47,461 nucleotides of DNA from Macrostomum lignano (lineage: Eukaryota), in the NCBI GenBank assembly GCA_002269645.1, contig NIVC01003628.1:1-47461 (forward strand). Reading direction: 5' to 3'. The notes below the pieces were generated by a model. It was not told where the DNA came from. It ran no database searches and was given only the letters and a program-made list of their open reading frames with translations. A program made the position numbers and the translations under genes. Shown in pieces: positions 11,821-23,904 of the stretch (position 1 is its first letter; each line of letters starts with the position of its first letter).

Positions 11821-12084
11821 CACCGCGCGTCGTTGCTCTTTGATTGACAGCCGCCTCTGGCTGGACTTCCGACTCAGGCTGAGCCCAGTCGTCGAGGAGC
11901 TGCGAACCAGCCGCTGCTCCTGCTGTTCCTGCTGTCCCATCGCTGAATGTCCCGCATCTGCAGCTGTCTGATCTCGGCGCAGTTGCAGAGGCTGCAACTC
12001 GTCATCAACTTCATCTTCGATGCATTCTTCTTTTTGTTGTTCTTCTGAATCGGAGAAATCTTCATCGTTAGAAGCCGTGTCCAT
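11821..12084 (-). CDS. Probable first coding exon of the CNBD2-like gene (acidic, low-complexity N-terminus)
   Basis: MDTASNDEDFSDSEEQQ...SIKEQRRAV, GTG|gtgagg donor, 264 nt, phase 0, matches exon 9390-9463. Confidence 0.72.
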
Positions 12085-12627
12085 GCCGGCTCTCGCGAAA
12101 GCGGTTCGAGTGTAAAAATGCTACTGTGCTTTTTTCTAAGCCAGCTCGCAGCTCAGGTCCATCTGGGGTTTCGGGGGCTGTAGCCATAGCTTGAGCTGAT
12201 TTATAATAACACTCTTGAGCACATCATCTTGAGCACATTTTCTATTTCTGCTTCCATTCTCACATCTCGGCTTGTGATGAAGATAGGTAGATAGCAATGC
12301 AAATGAGGTACAGAGATTCGTTAGCCATTTCTGTATGAATAGAAGACAGGCATTAAGTATGCTGCTCACTCTGTCCAGAGGTAAAGCCTATTTTATTGTT
12401 GGCTACAGCACACTAAAGTGAAAGAATGAAATTCAGAAAGTGTTATTGAGTTCGTTGCTTAACGGGCAAGCTGTGTTCAACTCTGCAAACACGAGATTAA
12501 TAGCGTTCTCCTGTTTGCGAATTTTGTTTGCAGATTTCTGTGATGAAATGTACTTTTATTGGGGTTTCTTAGGAGCTAAATTAGTTTTGACCTTTAAGTA
12601 AACAAAATACTATATCTTAAGCCGCTC

Positions 12628-13702
12628 CATCACAGGTGAACATCTGGCTACTGTAGCAGGTGAAAATCTGGCTACTGTAACAGGTGAACATCTGGCTACT
12701 GTAACAGGTGAACATCTGGCTACTGTAACAGGTGAACATCTACTGTAACAGGTGAACACCTGCTGTAACAGGTGAACACCTACTGTAACAGGTGAGCTCC
12801 TACTGTAACAGGTGAACACCTGCTGTAACAGGTGAACCACCTACTGTAACAGGTGAACACCTGCTGTAACAGGTGAACACCTACTGTAACAGGTGGACAC
12901 CTGCTGTAACAGGTGAACACCTACTGTGACAGGTGGACACCTACTGTAACAGGTGAGCTCCTACTGTAACAGGTGAGCTCCTACTGTAACAGGTGAACAC
13001 CTACTGTAACAGGTGAACACCTACTGTAACAGGTGAACACCTACTGTGACAGGTGAACACCTGCTGTAACAGGTGAGCTCCTACTGTAACAGGTGAACTC
13101 CTATAGCTACAGGTGAACACCTACTGTAACAGGTGGACACCTGCTGTAACAGGTGAGCTCCTACTGTAACAGGTGAGCTCCTACTGTAACAGGTGAACAC
13201 CTACTGTAACAGGTGAGCTCCTACTGTAACAGGTGAGCTCCTACTGTAACAGGTGAACACCTGCTGTAACAGGTGAACACCTACTGTGACAGGTGGACAC
13301 CTGCTGTAACAGGTGGACACCTACTGTGACAGGTGGACACCTACTGTAACAGGTGAACACCTACTGTGACAGGTGAACACCTGCTGTAACAGGTGAACAC
13401 CTACTGTAACAGGTGGACACCTACTGTAACAGGTGAGCTCCTACTGTAACAGGCGAACACCTACTGTAACAGGTGAGCTCCTACTGTAACAGGTGGACAC
13501 CTGCTGTAACAGGTGAACACCTACTGTAACAGGTGAACACCTACTGTAACAGGTGAACACCTACTGTAACAGGTGAACACCTACTGTAACAGGTGAACAC
13601 CTACTGTAACAGGTGAACACCTACTGTAACAGGTGAACACCTACTGTAACAGGTGAGCTCCTACTGTAACAGGTGAGCTCCTACTGCAACTGGTGAACAC
13701 CA
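12628..13702. repeat. 20-bp minisatellite (ctactgtaacaggtgaacac)
   Basis: About 53 copies. Confidence 0.97.
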
Positions 13703-14459
13703 AGCAACTGTAGAAGCTACGAGTACTTTGCTGAACGCCATTCTATTCCCAGGTGAGAGCCATTCTATCCTTAGATAAGCGCCATTCTATCTTTTAAGCA
13801 ATTTACAAAAGAAAAAGGACCTGGGCCATTCCTTCGATACCATATTTGTTCACATAACATATCAAACTAATATACAACTCACAAAATATTGAGAAGCCGA
13901 AATCAGATTATTTTTTAAACTTATATGTCCCTCAACAGTATGAATTAAAGGGCTTTATAGTAGAGGGATGCTACTGAGAATTATTACTGTAAGTAGTAAA
14001 GTCAAGTAAAGTAAAGAATTATAGATGTACAATTATATAATTGTATATCCCACCCGATTCTTTTTTAATTGTTTGTTGGTTTGTCTTGGTCTCACTTTGT
14101 TTAAACTGGTACTCCTTAGTTCATAAATATTAATTAGCCAGGTTTTGTATTACACAGGTACAATCCTATTATTCAGCGAGCTAAGACCCGTGCTCTATCA
14201 CCAACGCAACGCCTCGCTGCTTGCAACGAAAGTATCCGATATTTGAATAAGAATAAATGTCATTGATCACAGTTAGTACACGTGCGAGTTCGAATAAGTT
14301 TACAATTGATCCATGCATTCCGTTCAATCCATTGACTGTCTAGTAGTCTCCTCCAAAAGTGGAGTGGCAAGCTTTAGCTCGTACTAATGGATTTATACCA
14401 GCTACCAACTTCGTCAAGAAGCCAACCATTTAACCATTTAAAAGCTCGTACTACTGGCT

Positions 14460-15800
14460 AGAGTACAGTGTCGCCAGCACGAGCTCTTGAATGTGTGTGT
14501 GCAGTAACCTATACGGCCGGGGTTTCAGCCCGCCGAGGGCGGCCGACTCCAGAAAGGTATACGCCTCGATCGGCTTGGTCCACAAGTCACATGGGCTTAA
14601 CTGAGTCGGATTAGCAGGGCAATTGAAGAGATGGGCCACAGTTTGAGGCACTAGGCGGTGAATCTCGCGTCGTTGGTCCAGCGGTTTGGAGGCAGGCTGT
14701 CCAGCATCACCTGACTGCAAGCATGTGCTGGGCACGCCTGGCGCGATCCCAGGCCGCAGCGTCGAGGACGTCCGGGGCCGGAGCCGGCGCCCATTCAGCG
14801 TTAAAATGCTCCGCGGTGAAAATGGGGGCTTTCATGAACCTGCGCGGAGGCGGGAGGCTAGCTAGGTGGTGGCACGGATGTTCCGGGCGCCTAGTGCGGA
14901 GCTTGAACTGGAGCGCAAGGAGGCGGTTGTGCTGGCGGACGGTGAGCAGCTGGACTTCACTGTGGAGGTCAGCTTCTGAAGTAAGGGCCGTGTAACCAGT
15001 GATGCAACGGATCGCCCCGTTCTGAGCCGACTGAAGCAGGGTCCAGGATGACGTCGAGATAATAGGGCCCCAGACCGGCGCAGCGTAGTCGAGTAAACTT
15101 CGGCCAGGCGCTTTGAAGGTAGGTCAGAAGGAGAGTTTAGGGTCGAAAATCACGCCCAGAATTTTAGGACAGAGGGCCTGCGGCAGCTGGGAGCCATTGA
15201 TGAAGACGCGCAGTTGGCGGGAGTATTCGCGCTGATCTGGACTGAACAGAGTGGCCGTATATTTAGTGGTTGAAATCTGGAGCTTGCGCGACTCAAGGAA
15301 GGGAGCGAGATCGGCCAGGTAGCTTTTAAGCTGCTGTTCAATGGAGTTGCAACTTGGGGACGAGGCGGCAACGGTAAGGTCGTCTGCGTAGCCGATCAAG
15401 TTAGTAGCCGGATTGGCAAGCACAGGAGCTTTGGCCAGATAGAAGGCGAAAAGTAACGGGCTGATGGTGCTGCCTTGAGGTACTCCCATGCGGACCTGCC
15501 GCCACTTCGACTTAATGTCCGGCATGATGGTATAGTTGGCGAGCCAGGCCTTAATAGCAAATCTGTTCGACCAGCTGGCAAAGGGCAGTTGTGGTTGAGT
15601 GATGTGGGCGGAAGCCATGTTGCCAGGCTGGAAGCTGTAGGTGGTCGGTCAGAAGCGATAACAGGAACTTCTCCAGAGTTTTAACGAGCAGTGAGAGAAA
15701 GGAAATCGGGCGGTACGACGCACCATCGTCCTGCGGTTTCCCTCTTTCAGAAGTGGACAGATTAACGACTTTTCCAGACCGCCGGGATCTCGTTATACGT
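14460..15800 (-). mobile_element. Decayed non-LTR retrotransposon (LINE, I/Jockey-group-like) reverse transcriptase
   Basis: RT motifs YRPISFLSLLVKTLEK, QHGFRPHHSTTTAL, GVPQGSTISPLLF, YADD, KILGVIFD, GRSLLDYAAPVW, C-terminal HLFNCPANPTQLSPCDLWTKP; stops, frameshifts and internal deletions. Confidence 0.92.
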
Positions 15801-16454
15801 GTTCGTATAAGATCGTATAGCTCTTGAATGTCAACAACGTGTACGTCTTCCCGCTCGGCGACATCCTATATTCAGCGTTGAGCGTCTTCTAGGCTGACAG
15901 CCAGCTCAAGCTGCAGACATTGAAAAAGTGCGTCAATGTTTACAAAGTAATTGCCGCTGTAGTCTTCCATCTGAAGTGGAAAACACTTGGATAGCAGTCT
16001 GGGTAGAAACAGAAAAGCCAAGGCAGAATTTCCATGCCGAGTCAGAGTTGCGAAGCCAGACAAAATCCTTTGCTGCTTCGATAGAGACGGGCCTCTTCTC
16101 CTGGCCAAACGATTTTCCTTATATTTTTACTGTCAGTAGATTATCAAACAAAGGTTCAGTATAATTTATGCTAGGTGTTTTTGTTTTACGCTCGGATTTT
16201 AATTTATCCAATTTTCATTTTTACAAATGGTATTTCGTGGCAGTCCAGCCAAGTACATATGTACTGGAGCAGTCCGTAGCTCACCTAATTTCTTTTCAAC
16301 TGAAAACTGCAATGCTCAACACAAAAATTGAGCGTATTATATTCGCTCAATTTATTGTAGAGACGGGGATTGAGGATCTCGGTCTGACCTCCGTGACCAG
16401 ACTTGTGTACGGACCCTGACTGCGGCTGCGGGAGCGCAGAGGAAGTAACACAGT

Positions 16455-16748
16455 AGATGAATGATGCAGGTGAATGAGGCAAACGACGCAGGTGAATGAC
16501 GCAAAAGACGCAGGTGAATGACGCAAAAGACGCAGGTGAATGACGCAAAAGATACAGGTGAATGAGGCAAACGACGCAGGTGAATGACGCAAAAGACGCA
16601 GGTGAATGACGCAAAAGACGCAGGTGAATGATGCAAAAGACGTAGGTGAATGATGCAAGCGACGCAGGTGAATGACGCAAAAGACGCAGGTGAATGACGC
16701 AAAAGACGGAGGTGAATGACGCAAACGACGCAGATAAATGACGCAAAT
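16455..16748. repeat. 22-bp minisatellite (gacgcaggtgaatgacgcaaaa)
   Basis: About 13 copies; explains ORFs 16285..16940. Confidence 0.93.
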
Positions 16749-17369
16749 GAATAACGCTGGGGGTTTGTGGTAGACCGGAGCGGGCCGTCGCAGCAAAAAA
16801 ACAGGCTCACAGGGGGTCCAAATAAATATGCGGGCGCCCGGGGTGCAAGGCAGAAAGTATATTTGATAAACACAAGGCTTAGAGCAGCTGTTCAAAACAT
16901 AATTGCAAAACTTAGCCCTGGCCAATCGCAGGCCTGCCAACGGAGAAAAAAGCAGAAACAGAAAGTAACAAAAGAGAATAGACCAAAGCCTTGCTTAAAG
17001 CCAAACCCACCACCGAACGCAATGTACTAAGTCAAAACATTCCCCTGACGTCAGTTAGTTTTGTGAACATAAAGCGAAAGAGGGTTATATAAAGAAAGAA
17101 ATAATAACCAAATTGGACTCAACTAAATGATACATAAATTGTTTAAGCAGATGGGTCAATCTATAATGAAAGAGAGGGAGGACCATATCATATTGCTTTT
17201 TTGTGTAGAAAAAAATTTACAATCGTAAAGAACATTCTAAACCAAGCATATCATTAAAGTGTTACAATTCTATAGAAAGTTTTCCTTTTTAATGAGATAA
17301 TAATATTTTTTTCTTTCAAGCCGCAAGCGGTCATATAAATCTCAAGCCACGACCTGCAAATCGATCGGC

Positions 17370-17629
17370 TTAGCCGACCAGGCGAAGAAAATCGTCCATT
17401 TCGGCATCGAAGCTGTCGCTAAGGCTGAGCGGCAGTTGCGGCGACAAGAGGAGTCGGCAGACGCCGCCTGCACGGCTGCGCATGGCGTAGAGGCAGGTCG
17501 GGTGCTCGCTGCACCACTGGCTGCACACCAGCAATGACCGGCTGTCGGGGAACTCCGCCAGTTGCGGCGGAGCAATCTTTGAGAAGTTTGGTTGAGTTCC
17601 CAGGAATCGGTGAGCGGCAGACTTCACGA
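17370..17629 (-). CDS. Last exon of F-type lectin gene; PAN/apple-like Cys module
   Basis: aaaacag acceptor (phase 1), ...SRSLLVCSQWCSEHPTCLYAMRSRAGGVCRLL...LRLVG*; CxxxC-x4-C...C spacing typical of PAN/apple domains. Confidence 0.75.
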
Positions 17630-17777
17630 CTGTTTTTTTGAATGGGCGCGGGTTGTTAAAGTATGATTGTGTCAGGACATTTATTGCTGAGCTAAGGATT
17701 GTATAGTAACAGCATATACCTTATATATATATACCTAAGCCATATACCTTAGAATAGACATCAGGAACATTCTTTAA

Positions 17778-19358
17778 CAGTAGAAAGACCACGCTATTTT
17801 TCCCCATGGGGAAAGACCACAGGGGTGCATTTCAAATACACACGACTCATTTCACGATAGCTCGCAAACCGAAATACCGATTTTCGTAAAATTCCACCAC
17901 ATGGATCAAAAATTTCCGCCCTTTCCGACGAACTAACTTTCAAAGTCATCCGACGTCAGCATCCTCGAGATATTCAACGATTCTTGTCGAGGACACTGGT
18001 GACAAGGACAACCAACACTACACTGTATAAACCTTTATGTTGAATCCATATTGGCTCAATAATCTGGGTCCATCTGTCGTAGAGGCCTTTGTTCTCAGCA
18101 TCTTAGACACCAGGGTCCCCTTCATCACCGTCTGAAGCAACGGCGGCGACCGTCGGGACCTTCAAAAAAGCACCCGATCAGCATCTCTGAGACGGCTGTG
18201 TTCCCAAAACTGAAATGGAAAAATCCTCTTCTGCATGCATTCAGTAGACATAATCAGCGAATGAAATAGACGATGGCGACTCTCTAGGCTGACCTGTAGA
18301 CATACAGGCGACCTTCGGGACCTTCAACGGAGTGCCACCACGCGGCCCCGACAAGCTGACACTGCCAAAATCGTGATTTTTCCATCAAGGCACCAAGCCA
18401 GGCATGTCTGCATATTATACAATGGTCCTGCACCATGTTCACTGCGATGGAAGAGACAGTGAGTCACCATTACTGCGCACGTTGTGCACCAATTAAATAG
18501 TGACAATTGACTCCGCTTTTGTGTCTATGTGTCGGTGTTCAGACCCTTCTGCTCTGAATTTGCTGTAATATAATTTTTGACATGCCGTAATATCATTTTT
18601 GATAGGCTGTAATATTATTTTTGACCTGCTGTAATATCATATTTGACAAATTAAATATACTTTATATTTTTCAGTCGCCAGTTAAATCTGTAACTCTCCA
18701 ATTTAACATGGTGCAGGACCATTGTATAATATGCAGACATGCCTGGTTTGGTGCCTTGATAGAAAAATCACGATTTTGGCAGTGCCAGCTCGTCGGGGCC
18801 GCGTGGTGGCACTCCGTTGAAGGTCCCAAAGGTCGCTTGTATGTATACAGGTCAGCCTAGAGGGTCGCCGTTGTCCATTTCATTCACCGATTATGTCTAA
18901 TGTTTGAATTCTGCATGCAGAAGAGGATTCTTCCATTTCAGTTTTGGGAACGCAGCCGTCTCTGAGACGCCGATCGGGTGCTTTCGTTGAAGGTCCCGAC
19001 GGTCGCCGCCGATGCTCCAGACGGAGATGAAAGGGACCCTGGTGCCTGGGATGCTGAAAACAAAGGCCTCTACGACTGATATGCATAGTTTGTCGAGCCG
19101 ACGTCGTTTCATGATGAGATTTTGTGAGCAGAAAATTTTTTCCAATGTTGATGGTTTTTGCCACCAGACACCCCGAGGAAAATCGTTGAATATCTCGACG
19201 ATGCCGATTTTTTGTGATTCTCGAAGTTGATTCATCGAATAGAGCGGAAAATTTTAGCCCATATTCTGGATTTTCATGGCAATTGGTTGAATATTTTTGG
19301 AGATCCAGACAAAGGAAAAATGTGTGTATTTGAAATACACCCCATGGTCTTTCTACTG
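17778..19358. mobile_element. Non-autonomous foldback DNA transposon with ~660-bp inverted arms
   Basis: Ends CAGTAGAAAGACC...GGTCTTTCTACTG flanked by TTAA on both sides (17774-17777, 19359-19362); arms 17778-18439 and 18705-19358 are reverse complements around a ~265-bp spacer. Confidence 0.88.
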
Positions 19359-19420
19359 TTAACAAGCTAGGAGTCTTATTTGGACAGAAAAGTGTCCATG
19401 TATCCTACCTAACATAGAAA

Positions 19421-20404
19421 TGTCTATGGCAAAATCTCCTTTAGGTCTAATGTATCATAGGTGCAGGATTAAAATTTAATTTAATTTTTAGAAATCTCCT
19501 TTCCCTGTTCCCTCACCCTTTCCAGCATGCAGGATTTATTTTGCCTATGGGTTGAACTACACGGTCTTATGATTAAAATTGAATCAGTTAAGAATGAGAT
19601 TCATGAATGTAGGATTCATACATCGATTTTGCGTGCTTAAATGGTCTATCGATGTATGAGTTGCATTGTATTACGTTGGCTTAATACTTTAGATGGCGCG
19701 TTAGATGCACGCTCAGTTAATTTGTCTTAACCATAGACAAAAATGCGTGAAAGGCACGCAAGTTGATTGAGTGTTGCGAAGAAAGGAATAAGAAGCTGTT
19801 AAATTAAAATCACTTGTGAGAGAATATGGCTGAGCCACCAACTAAAGTCAGACTCCAGAAGGGACGGCGAAATGCGAGACATGTCGGTCAGCTTGGCTTC
19901 TGCACTACACAAGGATGATTCCATGCAAGACGTGATTATGAAAGACTCTTCTACCGTCATGAGCCAGTCACTGATTATTTCTGACACGTCGGACGTTGCT
20001 GGTGGGACGCCAAGTGATGACGCCAAGAAGAAACCAACTGTGGTTTATAACTTCTACAACACTGTCAACAACTGCACGTTCAATTCTTAGAGTGAGTAAT
20101 AACAATTAGTAATAATTTTCCCACACTGAACTTCCAAATGCAGAACGCCTTCATCCTCATTCGCTTTCCCTGTCAATGATAGGTAATCGTCTACGCAGTC
20201 TACCTTGTTTACACAGTTCCCTGTTATTCGTTCGTTGTACTTGTAGCAGAAGTATACTTATTAAAATATACTCACTTTCCGTGCATTACACGCACGCGTT
20301 AGACGCACGCTTGTTGCCTTTACTCAGATAGAAAATTGCCATAGACACCTACATTAGACGCACAGTAAATCGTGCATCTAACGCGCGCCAGCGTGATACA
20401 ATGC
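19421..20404 (+). mobile_element. Possible non-autonomous Crypton-like relic
   Basis: ORF 19872-20090 ends ...VYNFYNTVNNCTFNS, resembling the C-terminal tail of Crypton/DUF3504 proteins; inverted repeat pairs tgtctatggcaa/ttgccatagaca (19421/20336) and gcgcgttagatgcacg (~19696/20371). Confidence 0.4.
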
Positions 20405-20855
20405 TAAAGAGTGCGTGCGTCATGAGCGTCTGCAGTGCATCGTATGAAAAGGATACCAAGATAAGTTTTGAAACTGCGAATGAAAAAGTGATCTTTTCGT
20501 CGTACGTCGTGGCAGAAGAAGCAATTACTTAAAAGCAGCATGAATCCCGAGACTGAATTTCCCTTGGTTCAATTTGCGTCTGAAACTCTGCTAAATTCTG
20601 TTAAATGTGACTAACTCTTTAATTCTTACAAAAGTTCACTTTAAACTCATGCGGTTGAGGTTGATAAGTGCCTCAAAAAATTGGCAAAAAGATTAAATTG
20701 TTTGCCTCGTCTCCGTCTAGAGAACTTTTTGGGGAACAATCGCTAAAAGTTACACAAGCTTCCTTCAGTGCTGTATTGTATTACTTTCTGCATTCCAGTG
20801 CCGTCAATAAGGCCTATACATTCATTGAACAGCCCAAGCCAAGCCAGCAACGCAC

Positions 20856-21059
20856 CGACAAAGACGTCGATCTCGCAGAAGTGAAAGTACACAGACGACG
20901 CAGGCGTTCGCAGCACGGTCAAGTACCGACCAGCCGCCAGCCTCGAGCAGGTGAAGTTAAGCGGGTTTGTCGTTGCATCCGGCACGCCAGTGTAGTAGTA
21001 GCACTGCTCGATCAGAGAACTGTTGAAGTTGCTCCACATTGACTCAAAAGTGCTCACCC
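20856..21059 (-). CDS. F-type lectin exon 3 (C-terminal half of FTL domain)
   Basis: ...EQCYYYTGVPDATTNPLNFTCSRLAAGRYLTVLRT...YFHFCEIDVFV matches the FTL C...C..GRY.....CEV.V pattern; phase 1-1, 204 nt. Confidence 0.9.
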
Positions 21060-21601
21060 CTAGAAAGAGGATTATAGAAGTCCCAATAGTTTGACCCTCC
21101 AAACGTGATTTTTTATTTGTGGCCTAATTTCTTCTTGTCTCGAGACAAGAGTCGCTCTATACCTTGTATAGCTTGTATATACCTTGTATAGAGCGACTTA
21201 ACGAAGCAAAAAGCACCAAACCTCCGTTGGTCATTAGTTGCCTCCCCAACTGGGGCTAAATATTGCTAAAGAATTTTGAGATGGTTTGACTAAAATCAGT
21301 AAAGGTGTGTAGCAAATTTTGATCTAAATTTAAGATGCAGATTGAAGCCAAGAGATTTTTTTTCGAGTGTCTTAGCTTGCAATAGACCATTACAAGGTGT
21401 ACTAAATTAGTACATTTGAAATATTTTACATCGTCTACCGGTAAGAGCGAATTCGCTCTATTTTTAACAAATCGAGTTGAAAATAACAAATGTCAAAAAT
21501 CAATTTGTAGCCTAAAAACGATCGCATCCAGTAGGAAATTTAAGTAGGAAAATTAAGTAGGAAATTTCCATGCTTATGCATAAGTATGGCTGCTCTCATA
21601 C

Positions 21602-21859
21602 CGATAAGGACGTTGGTGAACTTTTCGCTGCAGCACTGGATCCGGTTCCAGATCCTCACGCCGCTGATGATGCGCGCGGTGCCCATGTCCAGCATCCACC
21701 AGGGCTCTCTGTCAGTAGTTGCGGCGTGAATGCATCTTGTAGCTCTTTCGTAACTGCCCGATGTGTCACCGTTGTTTCCCACGACAGATTTGTCATCGGT
21801 GGCCCACTTGGAGGACTGCTTTGCCTGCAGGTTCTTGGGTAGCTGCTCCACGTGCAGGT
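21602..21859 (-). CDS. F-type lectin exon 2 (N-terminal half of FTL/fucolectin domain)
   Basis: AKQSS...GNNGD...CIHAATTDREPWWMLDMGTARIISGVRIWNRIQCCSEKFTNVLI; cgcag acceptor, G|gtatga donor, phase 1-1. Confidence 0.92.
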
Positions 21860-22015
21860 CTGCGACGGAATTCAGGATTGGTAGACAGGTATACCATACT
21901 CAGTGACAGTCAGTTTATAGGTTTTTAGTTCAAGCAGCTGACTGAGAGGTAGAAAATTTGTTTAAACATGACTTATACCAGGCCTGTTTTAAAATTTCAA
22001 CGTTCTTCATCTTAC

Positions 22016-22076
22016 CTGCCAAGGTGACACCCAAGCCAATGATGAAAAAAGACACAATGGAAGAGCAGATTGACAT
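22016..22076 (-). CDS. F-type lectin exon 1 (signal peptide MSICSSIVSFFIIGLGVTLA)
   Basis: ATG, hydrophobic 20-mer and G|gtaaga donor in phase 1 matching exon 2; not in the ORF track. Confidence 0.82.
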
Positions 22077-22384
22077 GCTTAGCAGCAGTGGCGAATTCCG
22101 AGCCTGGGTTCTCCGGAAGATTAATTTTCAAATTTGCCGGCCAATTTCTAGCAATCAAAACTATCAGAGATGGTTTCCAGCAACTATGGCTGAAGAGTAA
22201 CCGCGTTGATGCTAATTGGTCACCCGCTGCTACTTCTCTCTCCCCAACTCAGAACCAGATGCGGTGCAGCAATTTGTGATGGATTTTTATTAGAATTTTC
22301 CATCTCACGGAATCGCTCAACATTTTTGGTGACCCTATTTGTTGCCCCGTGAAGCAATCAGTCACCAGAGGCTTCCATCTGTCT

Positions 22385-22890
22385 GACAGAGCTGACTATC
22401 TGTCACCTGACTAAAAAGCATCGCACCGTGTGATTGAGCTGACGATCTGTCACCTGACAAAAAGCATCACACCTCATGATTAAGCTGACGATCTCTCACC
22501 TGACTAAAAAGCATCACACCGTGTGATTGAGCTGACGATCTGTCACCTGACAAAAAGCATCACACCTCATGATTGAGCTGACGATCTGTCACCTGACAAA
22601 AAGCACCACACCTCATGATTGAGCTGACGATCTGTCACCTGACAAAAAGCACCACACCTCATGATTGAGCTGACGATTTGTCACCTGACTAAAAAGCATC
22701 ACACCTCATGATTGAGCTGACGATCTGTCACCTGACTAGAAAGCATCACACCTCATGATTGAGCTGACGATCTGTCACCTGACTGAAAAGCATCGCACCT
22801 CATGATTGAGCTGACGATCTGTCACCTGACTAAAAAGCATCGCACCGTGTGATTGAGCTGACGATCTGTCACCTGACTAGAAAGCACCAC
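22385..22890. repeat. 46-47-bp minisatellite (gagctgacgatctgtcacctgactaaaaagcatcacacctcatgatt)
   Basis: About 11 copies. Confidence 0.95.
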
Positions 22891-23904
22891 TAAGGCTGGA
22901 AGTTATCAATCCCGCTCAGTAGCCATCAAAGCGAGCAATAAAAAAATGAGTGTGCCGACCAAATTGATTTGGACAATTTAAGTTTGTTCTGTGACCTGAG
23001 CCTTGCTATACAGTAGGGCTCACCCCACCAGTGAAGCAATTAGAGAAAAAAGCATTTATGCATATATGGCTTTTGGGTCGCGCAATGCCCAGAGGGGAAT
23101 CAATAAAACTGTATATTTTCCTGGGAATTGCAGGAAGCTCAGAAGCAAGAGTTAAAATTCCTTCTAAAACACGTGAATGCCAATTAAAGGAATGCCCTAG
23201 CTTACCAAACAGACTGATAGGATAGCTGCTTTTCCATCTGTCGAAAATAGATAGGGAGGCTTAAAATGCAGGTTCTATACAAATGAACCTATAGATTAAC
23301 TTCAGGGGCGCTAGCCGCGACACGACAAGCCAATGCTCGAATCATTTCCGTCGTAACAATTTAGGGCACGTAGATAATAATTGGCCGTAGACCATAAGAC
23401 AGAAACGGAGTGAGTGGATTAGCACGTGACTCGCGCCCATGAAAGCCAACCCAGAATGCACCGATTGTGTAAATGTCTGACAAAATTGTGTTTGCCCTGG
23501 GATTGAAAGTGCCAAAACTTTTCGTACACGCCTTGTAATACATGCATGGTGCCTTGCGTTTTCATTGTTCTCCAGGTAAATTAAAAATAACGGTGTAGTG
23601 CGCGTAAAAATAAAGAATAACCAATTTTTATTAGATACGAGTACTCTACTTAGAGTAGAAATACAGACAAAAATACGTTGAATGTTAAAACCAACGCAAA
23701 TTAGAATCAAGTGCTCTACTGCTGCTCGATCATAAAAATTAACATTCAAGACCACTTTTCAGTTGCATGGCATCGTATACATTGAGGCTCAATGTTTTGG
23801 GCTATTCAGAATAACGAATTGGATACCAGTGTGATAAATATTCTGTGATGTCGTAAAATCGCAGAATGTCGTTCTGAGCATAGCTCATCTGGCTGCAGAG
23901 CAGC

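Noticed and set aside
15872-16419. Short ORFs upstream of the LINE fragment
   Set aside because: No recognisable endonuclease or other motifs; no coherent splice structure
22385-22890. CRISPR-like appearance of this and other arrays
   Set aside because: No unique spacers, no cas genes, eukaryotic context
23031-23755. ORFs 23031..23225 and 23342..23755
   Set aside because: AT-rich, non-ATG starts, no motifs; consistent with intergenic DNA
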